63,537 nt of DNA from Flavobacterium sp. (GTDB taxonomy: Bacteria > Bacteroidota > Bacteroidia > Flavobacteriales > Flavobacteriaceae): assembly GCA_041583035.1 (NCBI GenBank), contig JBFHGP010000001.1, forward strand, positions 1 to 63,537, given 5' to 3'. Positions 10,160 to 19,092 of this stretch are shown here, piece by piece (position 1 is the first letter of the stretch; each line of letters opens with the position of its first letter). The translations under genes and the position numbers were made by a program. Under the pieces are notes generated by a model. That model saw only the letters and a list, made by a program, of their open reading frames with translations, did no database searches and was not told where the DNA came from.

Positions 10160-10483
10160 TTATAGGTATCGTAAAAAAGCAAAAAAACTTCGTTTGTTGA
10201 GGTAGTTCAATTGTTGCTCATTGGCGTAAGCTTCGCGTTCAAAAGAAATATTTCTGTAAGCTATTCTTTTGTTTTTGAATTGTATCAAACGAATCAAAAA
10301 CTCTATCAAATACCAAACAAAAAAAGGCAAAACAAGGAGCTCTAGCTGTTGGCGAATATGTATTTTTTCGTGGTTGATAAAAACCTGATTGCCGATGCGG
10401 TTTTTGCGCGCAAAAATAAACGGATAGATGGTAATCCCCGAAAAACCCTTTGGTACCCAAAATTTTGAAATTATTAATGGCAT
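10160..10483 (-). CDS. Small conserved membrane protein with HEXXH motif
   Basis: GITIYPFIF, NHEKIHIRQQ, one TM helix, ISFEREAY. Confidence 0.8.
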   Translation of the reverse strand: MPLIISKFWVPKGFSGITIYPFIFARKNRIGNQVFINHEKIHIRQQLELLVLPFFVWYLIEFLIRLIQFKNKRIAYRNISFEREAYANEQQLNYLNKRSFFAFLRYL

Positions 10484-10495
10484 TGGGAGTCGTCT

Positions 10496-10801
10496 TTAAG
10501 GTTTTACAACAATATCTGATAATTTATCAGGATTTTGTCTGGTATCAAAAACCGCTATTACATTTATGGTTTCATTTTGAACATCGGCAACATAAAGAAT
10601 TTTATAGTTTTTTACCACAATTTTTCTACATTGTGAAGCGTATTCGTCTGCGCTAAACTGATTTTCAAAGATAACTGATTTAGGTGCATTACGAATATCT
10701 GTAACAAGATTTTTTGCAGCCTGTACAGACTTCACCTTTATAAAATCGTAAATATTCTTTACATCTAACTTCGCTTCATTTGACCATTTAATTTTATACA
10801 T
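10496..10801 (-). CDS. Type II toxin, RelE/ParE family
   Basis: IKWSNEAKLDVKNIYDFI...NYKILY...VIAVFDTRQNP pattern; 101 aa; directly downstream of an acidic small ORF. Confidence 0.88.
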   Translation of the reverse strand: MYKIKWSNEAKLDVKNIYDFIKVKSVQAAKNLVTDIRNAPKSVIFENQFSADEYASQCRKIVVKNYKILYVADVQNETINVIAVFDTRQNPDKLSDIVVKP

Positions 10802-10805
10802 GATC

Positions 10806-11057
10806 TTACCAAGTTTCTATTTCTTTGGCAAAATCTTCATCCGAAGTAAAATTGCCTGATGCTATATCATCAATTCCTTTTTGTACTTTTTGTTGATACT
10901 CGTTTAAAGTCAATGGTTTTCCGTCTACTGAATATCCGACAACTCCGTCTTTGTTTGAGCTTGACAAGAGTATTTTTTTCAATTCTTCTAGAACCGATTC
11001 TTTATCAACAAGCAAGAGCCGCTTTATCAGCTCCAATTTTGTAGCCTGAATATCCAT
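10806..11057 (-). CDS. Putative cognate antitoxin
   Basis: 83 aa; MDIQATKLELI N-terminus and acidic tail (GIDDIASGNFTSDEDFAKEIETW); 4 bp upstream of the toxin. Confidence 0.8.
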   Translation of the reverse strand: MDIQATKLELIKRLLLVDKESVLEELKKILLSSSNKDGVVGYSVDGKPLTLNEYQQKVQKGIDDIASGNFTSDEDFAKEIETW

Positions 11058-11201
11058 AATTAAAATATTTTAAAAGTAAAAGTACAAAATAAATAGTAAA
11101 TCGCAAGTTGGCGGTTAAACGGGAATATCATTAATCAAAGCATTCACAAAATCCCAGAAATTATTCTAAAAATCACACTGTTAATTATTAACTTTGTAAT
11201 T

Positions 11202-13370
11202 ATGAAGAAAGAGTTAATTGAAGGGATAGATTTTTATCTTTCAGACAAAGGCTACAGAGTTTTTACTGAAAAATACCTTCTAGACCGCGGCTATTGTTGC
11301 ATGAGCGGATGCAAACATTGCCCTTACGGATTCAGCAAATTAATCGATCAAATAAAGAAAAAAACAAAACCAAGAACTATGACGTTTCAAGAAGAAATAC
11401 TTCAGGGGATACCGGCAACTTTGCCACCTGCAGCTTTGTATGACGCTACGATAAACCACGCACCAAAGCGTAAAGAGATATTAACAGCAGAAGAAAAAAC
11501 ATTGGCGTTGCGCAATGCGTTGCGTTATTTTGAACCGCAACATCACGAAACACTTATACCCGAATTTAAGGAAGAATTAGAAAAATATGGCCGTATTTAC
11601 ATGTACCGTTTTCGTCCGAAATACCGCATGTATGCGCGCGATATCAACGAATATCCAGGAAAATCGTTGCAGGCAAAAGCCATACAAATGATGATTCAGA
11701 ACAATCTGGATTATGCCGTGGCACAACATCCGCACGAATTAATTACTTATGGCGGAAATGGTGCAGTGTTCAGCAATTGGGCACAGTATTTATTAACCAT
11801 GAAATATTTGGGCGAAATGACCGATGAGCAAACCTTGGTAATGTATTCTGGTCATCCAATGGGCTTGTTTCCGTCGCACAAAAATGCGCCAAGGGTTGTT
11901 GTTACCAATGGTATGATGATTCCGAATTATTCTAAACCAGACGATTGGGAAAAATTCAATGCTTTGGGCGTTACGCAATACGGACAAATGACTGCTGGAT
12001 CGTACATGTATATTGGCCCGCAAGGCATCGTACACGGTACAACTATCACGGTTTTGAACGGTTTTAGAAAAATTGGTAAAGAACCAAAAGGCAACTTGTT
12101 TGTAACGTCTGGTTTGGGCGGAATGAGCGGTGCACAGCCAAAAGCGGGAACTATTGCCGGCTGCATCACGGTTTGTGCCGAAGTAAATCCAAAAATTACT
12201 AAAATTCGCCACAGTCAAGGTTGGATTCATGAAATTATCGAAGATTTAGACCAATTAGTCGACCGTGTTCGCAAAGCACAAGCTGCTAAAGAAGTCGTTT
12301 CTATCGCATATTTAGGAAACGTGGTGGATGTTTGGGAAAAATTTGACCAAGAAAACATACATATCGATTTAGGCTCAGATCAAACCTCATTGCATAATCC
12401 TTGGGCTGGCGGCTATTATCCCGCTGATATTTCGTTTGAAGACGCCAATAAAATGATGGCAGAAAACCCTGATTTGTTCAAAGCAAAAGTACAAGAAACT
12501 TTGCGCCGACACGCAGCTGCCATCAACAAGCACACCGCAAAAGGCACTTACTTTTTTGATTACGGCAACGCCTTTTTACTAGAAGCTTCGCGTGCTGGAG
12601 CCGATGTAATGGCAGAAAACCCCACGTTGGGTCGTGAGTTTAAATATCCATCTTATGTACAAGATATTATGGGACCGATGTGTTTTGATTACGGCTTTGG
12701 CCCATTCCGTTGGGTGTGTGCAAGCAACAATCCAGAAGATTTGAAAAAAACCGATGATATTGCTTGTGAAGTTTTAGAAGAAATGATCAAAACCTCGCCA
12801 GCTGAAATTCAACAGCAAATGAAAGATAACATTCAGTGGATTCGCGGTGCACAAGAAAACAAATTGGTGGTGGGTTCGCAAGCACGTATTTTATATGCCG
12901 ATGCCGAAGGACGAACCAACATTGCCAAAGCGTTTAACGATGCTATTGCAGCCGGAAAAATAGGTCCGGTTGTTCTGGGTCGCGACCATCATGATGTATC
13001 AGGAACCGATTCGCCTTATCGCGAAACATCAAATATTTATGACGGCTCTCGTTTCACCGCCGATATGGCCATTCACAATGTGATTGGCGACAGTTTCCGC
13101 GGGGCAACCTGGGTTTCTATCCACAACGGTGGTGGCGTTGGCTGGGGCGAAGTAATCAACGGCGGTTTTGGTATGCTTCTTGATGGTACTTTAGAAGCAG
13201 AACAACGCCTAAAATCGATGCTCTTCTGGGATGTAAACAATGGTATATCTCGCAGAAGCTGGGCACGTAACGAAGGTGCTGTTTTTGCGATTAAACGTGC
13301 AATGGAAGCTGAGCCAAACCTCAAAGTTACCTTGCCCAATTTTGTAGATGATAACCTTTTAAACTCGTAA
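11202..13370 (+). CDS. hutU: Urocanate hydratase (long Bacteroidota type) with in-frame N-terminal Cys-rich DUF5522-like domain
   Basis: YGQMTAGSY, GPQGIVHGT, GLGGMSGAQP, SDQTS, GRDHHDVSG, HNGGGVG. The first 59 codons (RGYCCMSGCKHCPY) have no stop before MTFQEE at 11379. Confidence 0.93.
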   Translation: MKKELIEGIDFYLSDKGYRVFTEKYLLDRGYCCMSGCKHCPYGFSKLIDQIKKKTKPRTMTFQEEILQGIPATLPPAALYDATINHAPKRKEILTAEEKTLALRNALRYFEPQHHETLIPEFKEELEKYGRIYMYRFRPKYRMYARDINEYPGKSLQAKAIQMMIQNNLDYAVAQHPHELITYGGNGAVFSNWAQYLLTMKYLGEMTDEQTLVMYSGHPMGLFPSHKNAPRVVVTNGMMIPNYSKPDDWEKFNALGVTQYGQMTAGSYMYIGPQGIVHGTTITVLNGFRKIGKEPKGNLFVTSGLGGMSGAQPKAGTIAGCITVCAEVNPKITKIRHSQGWIHEIIEDLDQLVDRVRKAQAAKEVVSIAYLGNVVDVWEKFDQENIHIDLGSDQTSLHNPWAGGYYPADISFEDANKMMAENPDLFKAKVQETLRRHAAAINKHTAKGTYFFDYGNAFLLEASRAGADVMAENPTLGREFKYPSYVQDIMGPMCFDYGFGPFRWVCASNNPEDLKKTDDIACEVLEEMIKTSPAEIQQQMKDNIQWIRGAQENKLVVGSQARILYADAEGRTNIAKAFNDAIAAGKIGPVVLGRDHHDVSGTDSPYRETSNIYDGSRFTADMAIHNVIGDSFRGATWVSIHNGGGVGWGEVINGGFGMLLDGTLEAEQRLKSMLFWDVNNGISRRSWARNEGAVFAIKRAMEAEPNLKVTLPNFVDDNLLNS

Positions 13371-13374
13371 TATC

Positions 13375-13920
13375 ATGAAAAAATTAATTGCTTTTTTAAG
13401 TATCGGAATGATGCTTGCTTTGTCGGCTTGTAGCAGCGTGCGCGTGGCTACAGATTATGATCGAAATGTGAACTTTAACCAGTTCAAAACCTATGCTTAT
13501 TTGGTCGATGGTTTGGATAGATTAGAAATTTCTGATTTAGACAAAAAACGTATCATGCAAGCAATTGATTTTGAAATGGCTTCGAAAGGAATGATGAAAG
13601 CAGAAAACCCTGATTTGCTGATTAATTTGTTTACAGATACGCACGAAGATGTATATGTAAATCAGTTTTACGGCGGATGGGGTTACGGCATGTACCGACC
13701 ATGGGGATGGAATCCGTGGATGTGGGGGGGAGGCTACCAAACGGTAAGCACGCAAACACAAGGTGTTTTGTATATCGATTTTTTACAATCGAGCAATAAA
13801 GAGTTGATTTGGCAAGGAAAAGTTACTGGAAATTTACAAATGAACCCGGAGAAAAAAGATGCGCGAATCAAAGAAATGATTAGTAAAGTTTTACAAAATT
13901 ATCCGCCGAGTAGTAACTAA
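13375..13920 (+). CDS. DUF4136-like lipoprotein
   Basis: Lipobox LSAC, DYD...F..YKTY, Gly/Trp-rich loop, G.LYID..., LIWQG. Confidence 0.85.
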   Translation: MKKLIAFLSIGMMLALSACSSVRVATDYDRNVNFNQFKTYAYLVDGLDRLEISDLDKKRIMQAIDFEMASKGMMKAENPDLLINLFTDTHEDVYVNQFYGGWGYGMYRPWGWNPWMWGGGYQTVSTQTQGVLYIDFLQSSNKELIWQGKVTGNLQMNPEKKDARIKEMISKVLQNYPPSSN

Positions 13921-13940
13921 GAGCCTGTTTAAAATAATTC

Positions 13941-13977
13941 AAAAAAAGTCTGTTTAAACCATTAAGCAGGCTTTTTT
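13941..13977. terminator. Bidirectional intrinsic terminator
   Basis: A-tract GTCTGTTTAA-ACCA-TTAAGCAGGC T-tract between convergent genes. Confidence 0.7.
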
Positions 13978-13991
13978 GGTTCTGAAGCTTT

Positions 13992-14699
13992 CTAGGCCAA
14001 CTTAAATTTCTGTTCAGTTTTGGTAATTTCATTTTTCAAAACAGGTTTTAATCGGTAAATCAGTACATAAGTGGCCATAAACAAAAGCAATAAAAAAGCT
14101 GATACGATGTAAAAATATCCTACGGATAAGCTTTTGCTTTCGTTTTCGAAAACTTGCCTAAATACACTATAAAAAGGCGAGAAACTTACAATCATTGGTA
14201 AGGAGTAAACTTGTGTGGCAACAGATTGTATTAACCAATTTTTGTTGGTTTTCTTTTGTTGTTTTTTGATATTTCGGATAAACGCAAAACCGTCTACGAT
14301 AACATACAAAAAGATGAGTAGGGTAAGCGACATAAAAATGATTTCGCTATAAGGCATAAAATTCTTTAGGACGACAAATAAGGCAAAATACAAGCAAATA
14401 GTCAAAATAATTTTGGGAATAGTAAAGAAGCTCAATACTTCTTTCCACATCAATTTAGTGTAATATTTATGCAACTCGGTTTGCTTTTGCTCGACCAAGC
14501 CGGTAAATCCAAAAACTCCAAAACTTTTGAATTCTTTTTCGAGTGCATCCTCAAACGAAATATTTGGGTTTTCTGCCCATTGCGCTTCGATGGCATTGGC
14601 CAAATGATCGACCAACTCTACTTGTACATCGTAGTGCTCTACGTAGTGTTTGCGGGTAAATTCAAACAGTTGTTCTATTTGTTGTTCAGTTAGTTTCAT
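13992..14699 (-). CDS. PadR-associated membrane protein, paralog 3
   Basis: N-terminal ELVDHLANAIE helical module followed by ~4 TM helices; overlaps upstream paralog by 4 nt. Confidence 0.85.
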   Translation of the reverse strand: MKLTEQQIEQLFEFTRKHYVEHYDVQVELVDHLANAIEAQWAENPNISFEDALEKEFKSFGVFGFTGLVEQKQTELHKYYTKLMWKEVLSFFTIPKIILTICLYFALFVVLKNFMPYSEIIFMSLTLLIFLYVIVDGFAFIRNIKKQQKKTNKNWLIQSVATQVYSLPMIVSFSPFYSVFRQVFENESKSLSVGYFYIVSAFLLLLFMATYVLIYRLKPVLKNEITKTEQKFKLA

Positions 14700-15367
14700 A
14701 GCAAGTTGTATTTTTTTTCAACTTCTTTGATTTCGTGTTTTAACATTGGCAATATTTTTGTGAATAAAATAATGCAAAACAATATGTAAAAAGCTGTAAG
14801 TGAGGTTTTTATTATTGTCCAGAGAAAGTTGAGGTCTCTGCTGTTGTGTGATTGAAAATAGACAATAAACAAAACCGGAAGACTATAAAAATAATTACAG
14901 ATAGCGTAAAGTAAATATTTTCTGTTTCCTTTTTTAAGTCGACGCATTTGATAAATCCATACGCATATCGTGACGATAAAAAGTGCGATTTCTACACCAG
15001 TCCAAATTTGTTGAACCAACGCAGTCGGATGACTAAAAACATTGAATAACAAATAGACTAACAATGCAGTAAAAATGATTTTGGGGATGGTAAAAAAGCG
15101 GATGATTTCTTTTTTAATGATTGACCAATAATGAGCTTGTAAGGCGTGTTGCTTTTGCTCGACCAATCCTGTAAATCCAAAAACGCCAAAACTTTTGAAT
15201 TCTTTTTCGAGTGCATCCTCAAACGAAATATTTGGGTTTTCTGCCCATTGCGCTTCGATGGCATTGGCCAAATGATCGACCAACTCTACTTGTACATCGT
15301 AGTGCTCTACCAAATGTTTTTTGGTAAAGGTAAATAGTTGCTCTATTTGCTGTTCGGTTAGTTTCAT
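14696..15367 (-). CDS. PadR-associated membrane protein, paralog 2
   Basis: N-terminus nearly identical to paralog 3; divergent TM region. Confidence 0.85.
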   Translation of the reverse strand: MKLTEQQIEQLFTFTKKHLVEHYDVQVELVDHLANAIEAQWAENPNISFEDALEKEFKSFGVFGFTGLVEQKQHALQAHYWSIIKKEIIRFFTIPKIIFTALLVYLLFNVFSHPTALVQQIWTGVEIALFIVTICVWIYQMRRLKKGNRKYLLYAICNYFYSLPVLFIVYFQSHNSRDLNFLWTIIKTSLTAFYILFCIILFTKILPMLKHEIKEVEKKYNLL

Positions 15368-16002
15368 CACAATACTTTTAAAAGTTGATTTTCAATTTTG
15401 ATATGCTTTTGCATTATCCACGCTTTGCCAATTAACACGTAAGATGCATAAATGAGCGGAAAAAGATAAACTTCTGAATGCTTTCTATTGATGAAAAACA
15501 AAACTGAAAATAGCAACAAAACCAATACTTGCCCATATATTTTATATAGAGCATAGCTACTCATTGTTGTTTTGGTTTTGTTAAAAAACTTACGATATAC
15601 TAAAAATAACGAACAAACTATACTGATGAATATTATTGTAACAGTAATTGAATAAACGGGAAAATCTTGCTTGAGTAGCTGAATATAAAAAAAGGTATAT
15701 ATAGCCGAAAACGGAATTCCGAGATATAAAAACTTCATATCTAGTTTTTTCCATAATTTACAAATAATGAAAGACACGTTGTCGTACCAGCTCCATGATT
15801 TAGGCAATATCAACGGATTCCACCGGTTCATTACTTTGATGAAAGCTTCTTCAAAAGAATATAAACTTGTTTCGATTTCTTGCTCTATTTCTGTAGAGAT
15901 ATGATCTACCAATTCGATGCGAACGTCATCAAAATCCTTGAAATTACATTTTTTGTATAGAGCAGTGTCAATAATTTGTATCTGTTCTGTTGTCAATTTC
16001 AT
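15367..16002 (-). CDS. PadR-associated membrane protein, paralog 1 (divergent)
   Basis: MKLTTEQI...ELVDHISTEIE...FEEAF module followed by ~4 TM helices. Confidence 0.8.
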   Translation of the reverse strand: MKLTTEQIQIIDTALYKKCNFKDFDDVRIELVDHISTEIEQEIETSLYSFEEAFIKVMNRWNPLILPKSWSWYDNVSFIICKLWKKLDMKFLYLGIPFSAIYTFFYIQLLKQDFPVYSITVTIIFISIVCSLFLVYRKFFNKTKTTMSSYALYKIYGQVLVLLLFSVLFFINRKHSEVYLFPLIYASYVLIGKAWIMQKHIKIENQLLKVL

Positions 16003-16349
16003 TACATTTCAAGTTTAAAACTAGGACCAGCTACAATATTTTGCATATTGCGGATAAAATTTTCCAATTCTTCTAGGCGAGAATGCGTTTCTTTTACACC
16101 GTTTTCGGTTAGTTTGTAATATTTGCGTACGCGACCATCTACTTTTGCCATTTCTACATCCAAAAAACCTTCGGCCTCCATTTTGTGCAAAGCTGGGTAC
16201 AGCGCGCCTTCAGTAATACTGAGTTCGCCCGCCGTAATTTCTTTTACTTTTTGGGTAATCTCGTAACCATACATTTTGTCATTTTGTTCCAAAAGTTTCA
16301 TGATAATGGTGTTGAGGCTGCCTTTGTAAAGTTGTTGTTGTTTTTTCAT
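16002..16349 (-). CDS. PadR-family transcriptional regulator
   Basis: MYGYEI, EGALYPALHKME, RKYYKLTENG. Confidence 0.95.
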   Translation of the reverse strand: MKKQQQLYKGSLNTIIMKLLEQNDKMYGYEITQKVKEITAGELSITEGALYPALHKMEAEGFLDVEMAKVDGRVRKYYKLTENGVKETHSRLEELENFIRNMQNIVAGPSFKLEM

Positions 16350-16410
16350 ACTTAAGGTTTTTAGGTATGCAAATATACCTAAAATTCTTATACATACAAT
16401 AGCTAGGTAT
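16348..16410 (-). promoter_or_regulatory. padR promoter overlapped by three 21-bp imperfect palindromes (putative PadR operators)
   Basis: ATACTTAAGGTTTTTAGGTAT (16348-68), ATACCTAAAATTCTTATACAT (16375-95) and ATACATACAATAGCTAGGTAT (16390-410) flank TATATTTG (minus strand, 16370-77). Confidence 0.7.
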
Positions 16411-16494
16411 TGTTTTGGTGATTTTTTTCATTGAAGTAGTCAAAAAAAGTTAACAAAATTTTTGTATTAATAAAAATTTATTATATTTGTCAAT

Positions 16495-16603
16495 GAAGGA
16501 TATTTAGTTGTTTTTTATTAATTTTAGATTGCTTCTCAACGAAAAGACTTTTTTCTTGCGTTGTAGAGAGAGAAGGGTTGCACGCACTGCAACTCTTTTT
16601 TTT
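16495..16603 (+). ncRNA. Candidate small RNA or attenuator leader
   Basis: TTTG(16461)...TATATTTG(16482-89) promoter; internal stem CAACG/CGTTG; terminator AGGGTTGCA-CGCAC-TGCAACTCT plus T-tract; no ORF of useful length. Confidence 0.45.
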
Positions 16604-16666
16604 ATATTTTGTTGTAACATTTTTTGTTTACCAACTACTTATGGATAAACCATTACAGTAAAATTT

Positions 16667-18145
16667 ATGTTCAGTAAGCTATTTTACCTCCGAAAAAAAG
16701 AATTTGTTAGAAATCCGCAATTTGTGGGTAACTTGCTGGCAACCATCCTTGTAGGGATTAACTATCTTTCGTTGTCATTCTTCTTTTTGCTAGGCGGTAT
16801 TTTTTTACCAATGATTTTAGCAAAACAATTAGACGATTCTTCAACCAATATCATACCGCTCATTTGTAGTTATCTTTTGTACTATTTTGTGTTTGAATTG
16901 ATAGCGAGGTACATTTTTCAGAAATTCAATTATCTGAACATCAAACCATTGCTTTTGTCTAATCTACCCAAAAAGAAAATCGTTAAACAAATGTTACTGC
17001 AAAGTACCTTGTCTATCTACACTTTGCTGAGCACCTTGTTTTTTGTGCCACTTTTTATCAACCTCCTCATCACACAGCCCGACAAACTCAAGGTTTTATC
17101 ATTAGCCATCGCTTGTTTTTTGTTGGTGCAAATCAATAATTATATCAATTTTCTCATCAATAAAAACAATGTAGTCTTTGGCATCATGGCGAGTGTGTTG
17201 GTTTTTGGCGGATTGGCCAATTATAATGGTTGGATAGACATCTCTGCACTTTCACAAAACATTTTTTATCCGTTTTATCAATACATCGGTTTGTCGCTGA
17301 TTTTGGCTGTAGTTTTATGGGCTTTGTATCAATGGTCTGCCAAAACAATTTTGCACAATTTATATCTCGACAAAGGAGTGATGGCACAAGCAGAGAAGGT
17401 CAATAACCTCAATGTTTCTTGGCTCAATAATTTCGGAAAAATGGGCACTTTTTTACAATTAGATGTAAAGATGCTAACGCGCAACAAACGGTCAAAATCG
17501 GCCATGATAGGCAGCTTTTTGTTTATTTTTTACGGATTGTTGTTTTTTGGCGGATTCTCGTCTTTTGGCGGATCCAAAGCCATGCACATGTTTGCAGCGG
17601 TTTTTGTCTCTGGCGGATTTGTCTTTATGTTTGGCAACTACATTCCAAGTTGGGATTCGTCTTACTACCCGTTTATGATGACACAAAACGTAACTTACAA
17701 AGACTATTTACAAGCCAAGTGGATGCTGATGGTTTTTGCAACCATTATTTGCGCCTTGGTAGGTTCGTTTTACATCTATTTTGGCTGGGATATTTACTTG
17801 ATGGTGGTTTGTGCAGCAATTTTCAACATGGGTGTAAACAGTTATTTGGTGATGCTTAGTGGCGCCTATATCAAAACACCAATCGACCTTACAACCAACA
17901 AAAATTTGATGGGCGACAAATCTGCATTTAACGTACGCAGCATGCTATTGTCGTTGCCAAAATTGTTGTTGCCCATGGCTTTGTACGCCATAGGTGCAGC
18001 GCTTCATAGCTCGTGGATGGGTAGCCTTTTGGTTGCCTTGGCCGGAATACTCGGTTTTGCCTTCAAAGATTATTTCTTTAATCAAATCCAAAAAGTTTAC
18101 CAAAAAGAAAAACATTCAACCTTACAAGCATACAAACGCAATTAA
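16667..18145 (+). CDS. DUF5687-like ABC transporter permease component
   Basis: ~12 hydrophobic segments, RNKR motif, PSWDSSYY; adjacent to an ABC ATPase. Confidence 0.85.
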   Translation: MFSKLFYLRKKEFVRNPQFVGNLLATILVGINYLSLSFFFLLGGIFLPMILAKQLDDSSTNIIPLICSYLLYYFVFELIARYIFQKFNYLNIKPLLLSNLPKKKIVKQMLLQSTLSIYTLLSTLFFVPLFINLLITQPDKLKVLSLAIACFLLVQINNYINFLINKNNVVFGIMASVLVFGGLANYNGWIDISALSQNIFYPFYQYIGLSLILAVVLWALYQWSAKTILHNLYLDKGVMAQAEKVNNLNVSWLNNFGKMGTFLQLDVKMLTRNKRSKSAMIGSFLFIFYGLLFFGGFSSFGGSKAMHMFAAVFVSGGFVFMFGNYIPSWDSSYYPFMMTQNVTYKDYLQAKWMLMVFATIICALVGSFYIYFGWDIYLMVVCAAIFNMGVNSYLVMLSGAYIKTPIDLTTNKNLMGDKSAFNVRSMLLSLPKLLLPMALYAIGAALHSSWMGSLLVALAGILGFAFKDYFFNQIQKVYQKEKHSTLQAYKRN

Positions 18146-18147
18146 TT

Positions 18148-18843
18148 ATGATTAGCATACAAAATCTTTCTAAAAAATATCAGCAAAATGAAGTTTTGCA
18201 TATAGACGAACTCCATATCAATGCTGGCGAGAGCTTTGGATTGGTCGGCAACAACGGCGCAGGCAAAACCACATTGTTTAGCCTTTTGCTCGATTTGATA
18301 GAGCCAACAACAGGGCAAGTAATCAACAACGATATCACGGTCAATAAATCTGAAGATTGGAAAAATTTTACCTCGGCTTTTTTGGACGAAAGTTTTTTAA
18401 TCGGATATCTTACACCAAGCGAATATTTTCAGTTTGTGGCCGATCTTAGAGGCGTCTCGTCTGCAGATCTACAAACGTTTTTGCAGCCATTTGCCTCATT
18501 TTTTAATGACGAAATTTTGGGTAATAGCAAGTATATCAGAGATTTGTCTAAAGGTAATCAGAAAAAAGTAGGTATTGCAGCAGCATTTATCGGTCAGCCC
18601 AAAGTGGTAATTCTCGATGAGCCTTTTGCTAATCTTGACCCAACTACGCAAATCAGACTCAAAAATTTATTGAAAGAATTGGCTAGTCAAAAAAATACTA
18701 CTATGCTTATCTCTAGCCATGATTTACAACATACCGTAGAGGTGAGCAACCGCATCGTTGCTTTGCAAAAAGGACGTGTAGTAAAAGATATCCAAACCGA
18801 TGAAAACACCATGAGCGAACTCGAAAGTTTGTTTGCGGTATGA
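18148..18843 (+). CDS. ABC transporter ATP-binding protein
   Basis: Walker A GNNGAGKTT, signature LSKGNQKK, Walker B ILDEP, SSHDL. Confidence 0.95.
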   Translation: MISIQNLSKKYQQNEVLHIDELHINAGESFGLVGNNGAGKTTLFSLLLDLIEPTTGQVINNDITVNKSEDWKNFTSAFLDESFLIGYLTPSEYFQFVADLRGVSSADLQTFLQPFASFFNDEILGNSKYIRDLSKGNQKKVGIAAAFIGQPKVVILDEPFANLDPTTQIRLKNLLKELASQKNTTMLISSHDLQHTVEVSNRIVALQKGRVVKDIQTDENTMSELESLFAV

Positions 18844-18964
18844 TATTTGCATGACAAAAAAAATAAATTGACAATCAATAATTTATTATTTTTATTGCCA
18901 ATTTTAGTAATGTTTGTGAAAAGCTAAAGACAGCTTTACCAATAATTATTTTTTGAATTAGTAG

Positions 18965-19003
18965 AAAAAACACTTTACATTCAGCTTATGTAAAGTGTTT
19001 TTT
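18965..19003. terminator. Intrinsic terminator-like hairpin
   Basis: AAAAAACACTTTACAT-TCAGCTT-ATGTAAAGTGTTTTTT perfect stem. Confidence 0.7.
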
Positions 19004-19092
19004 ATATTTTTACCACTTCAAACAGAAATAGATACGATTTGAAATAATAAAAACACTTATTTCAAAGTTTGTATAGGGTAAAGATAGTTGTA

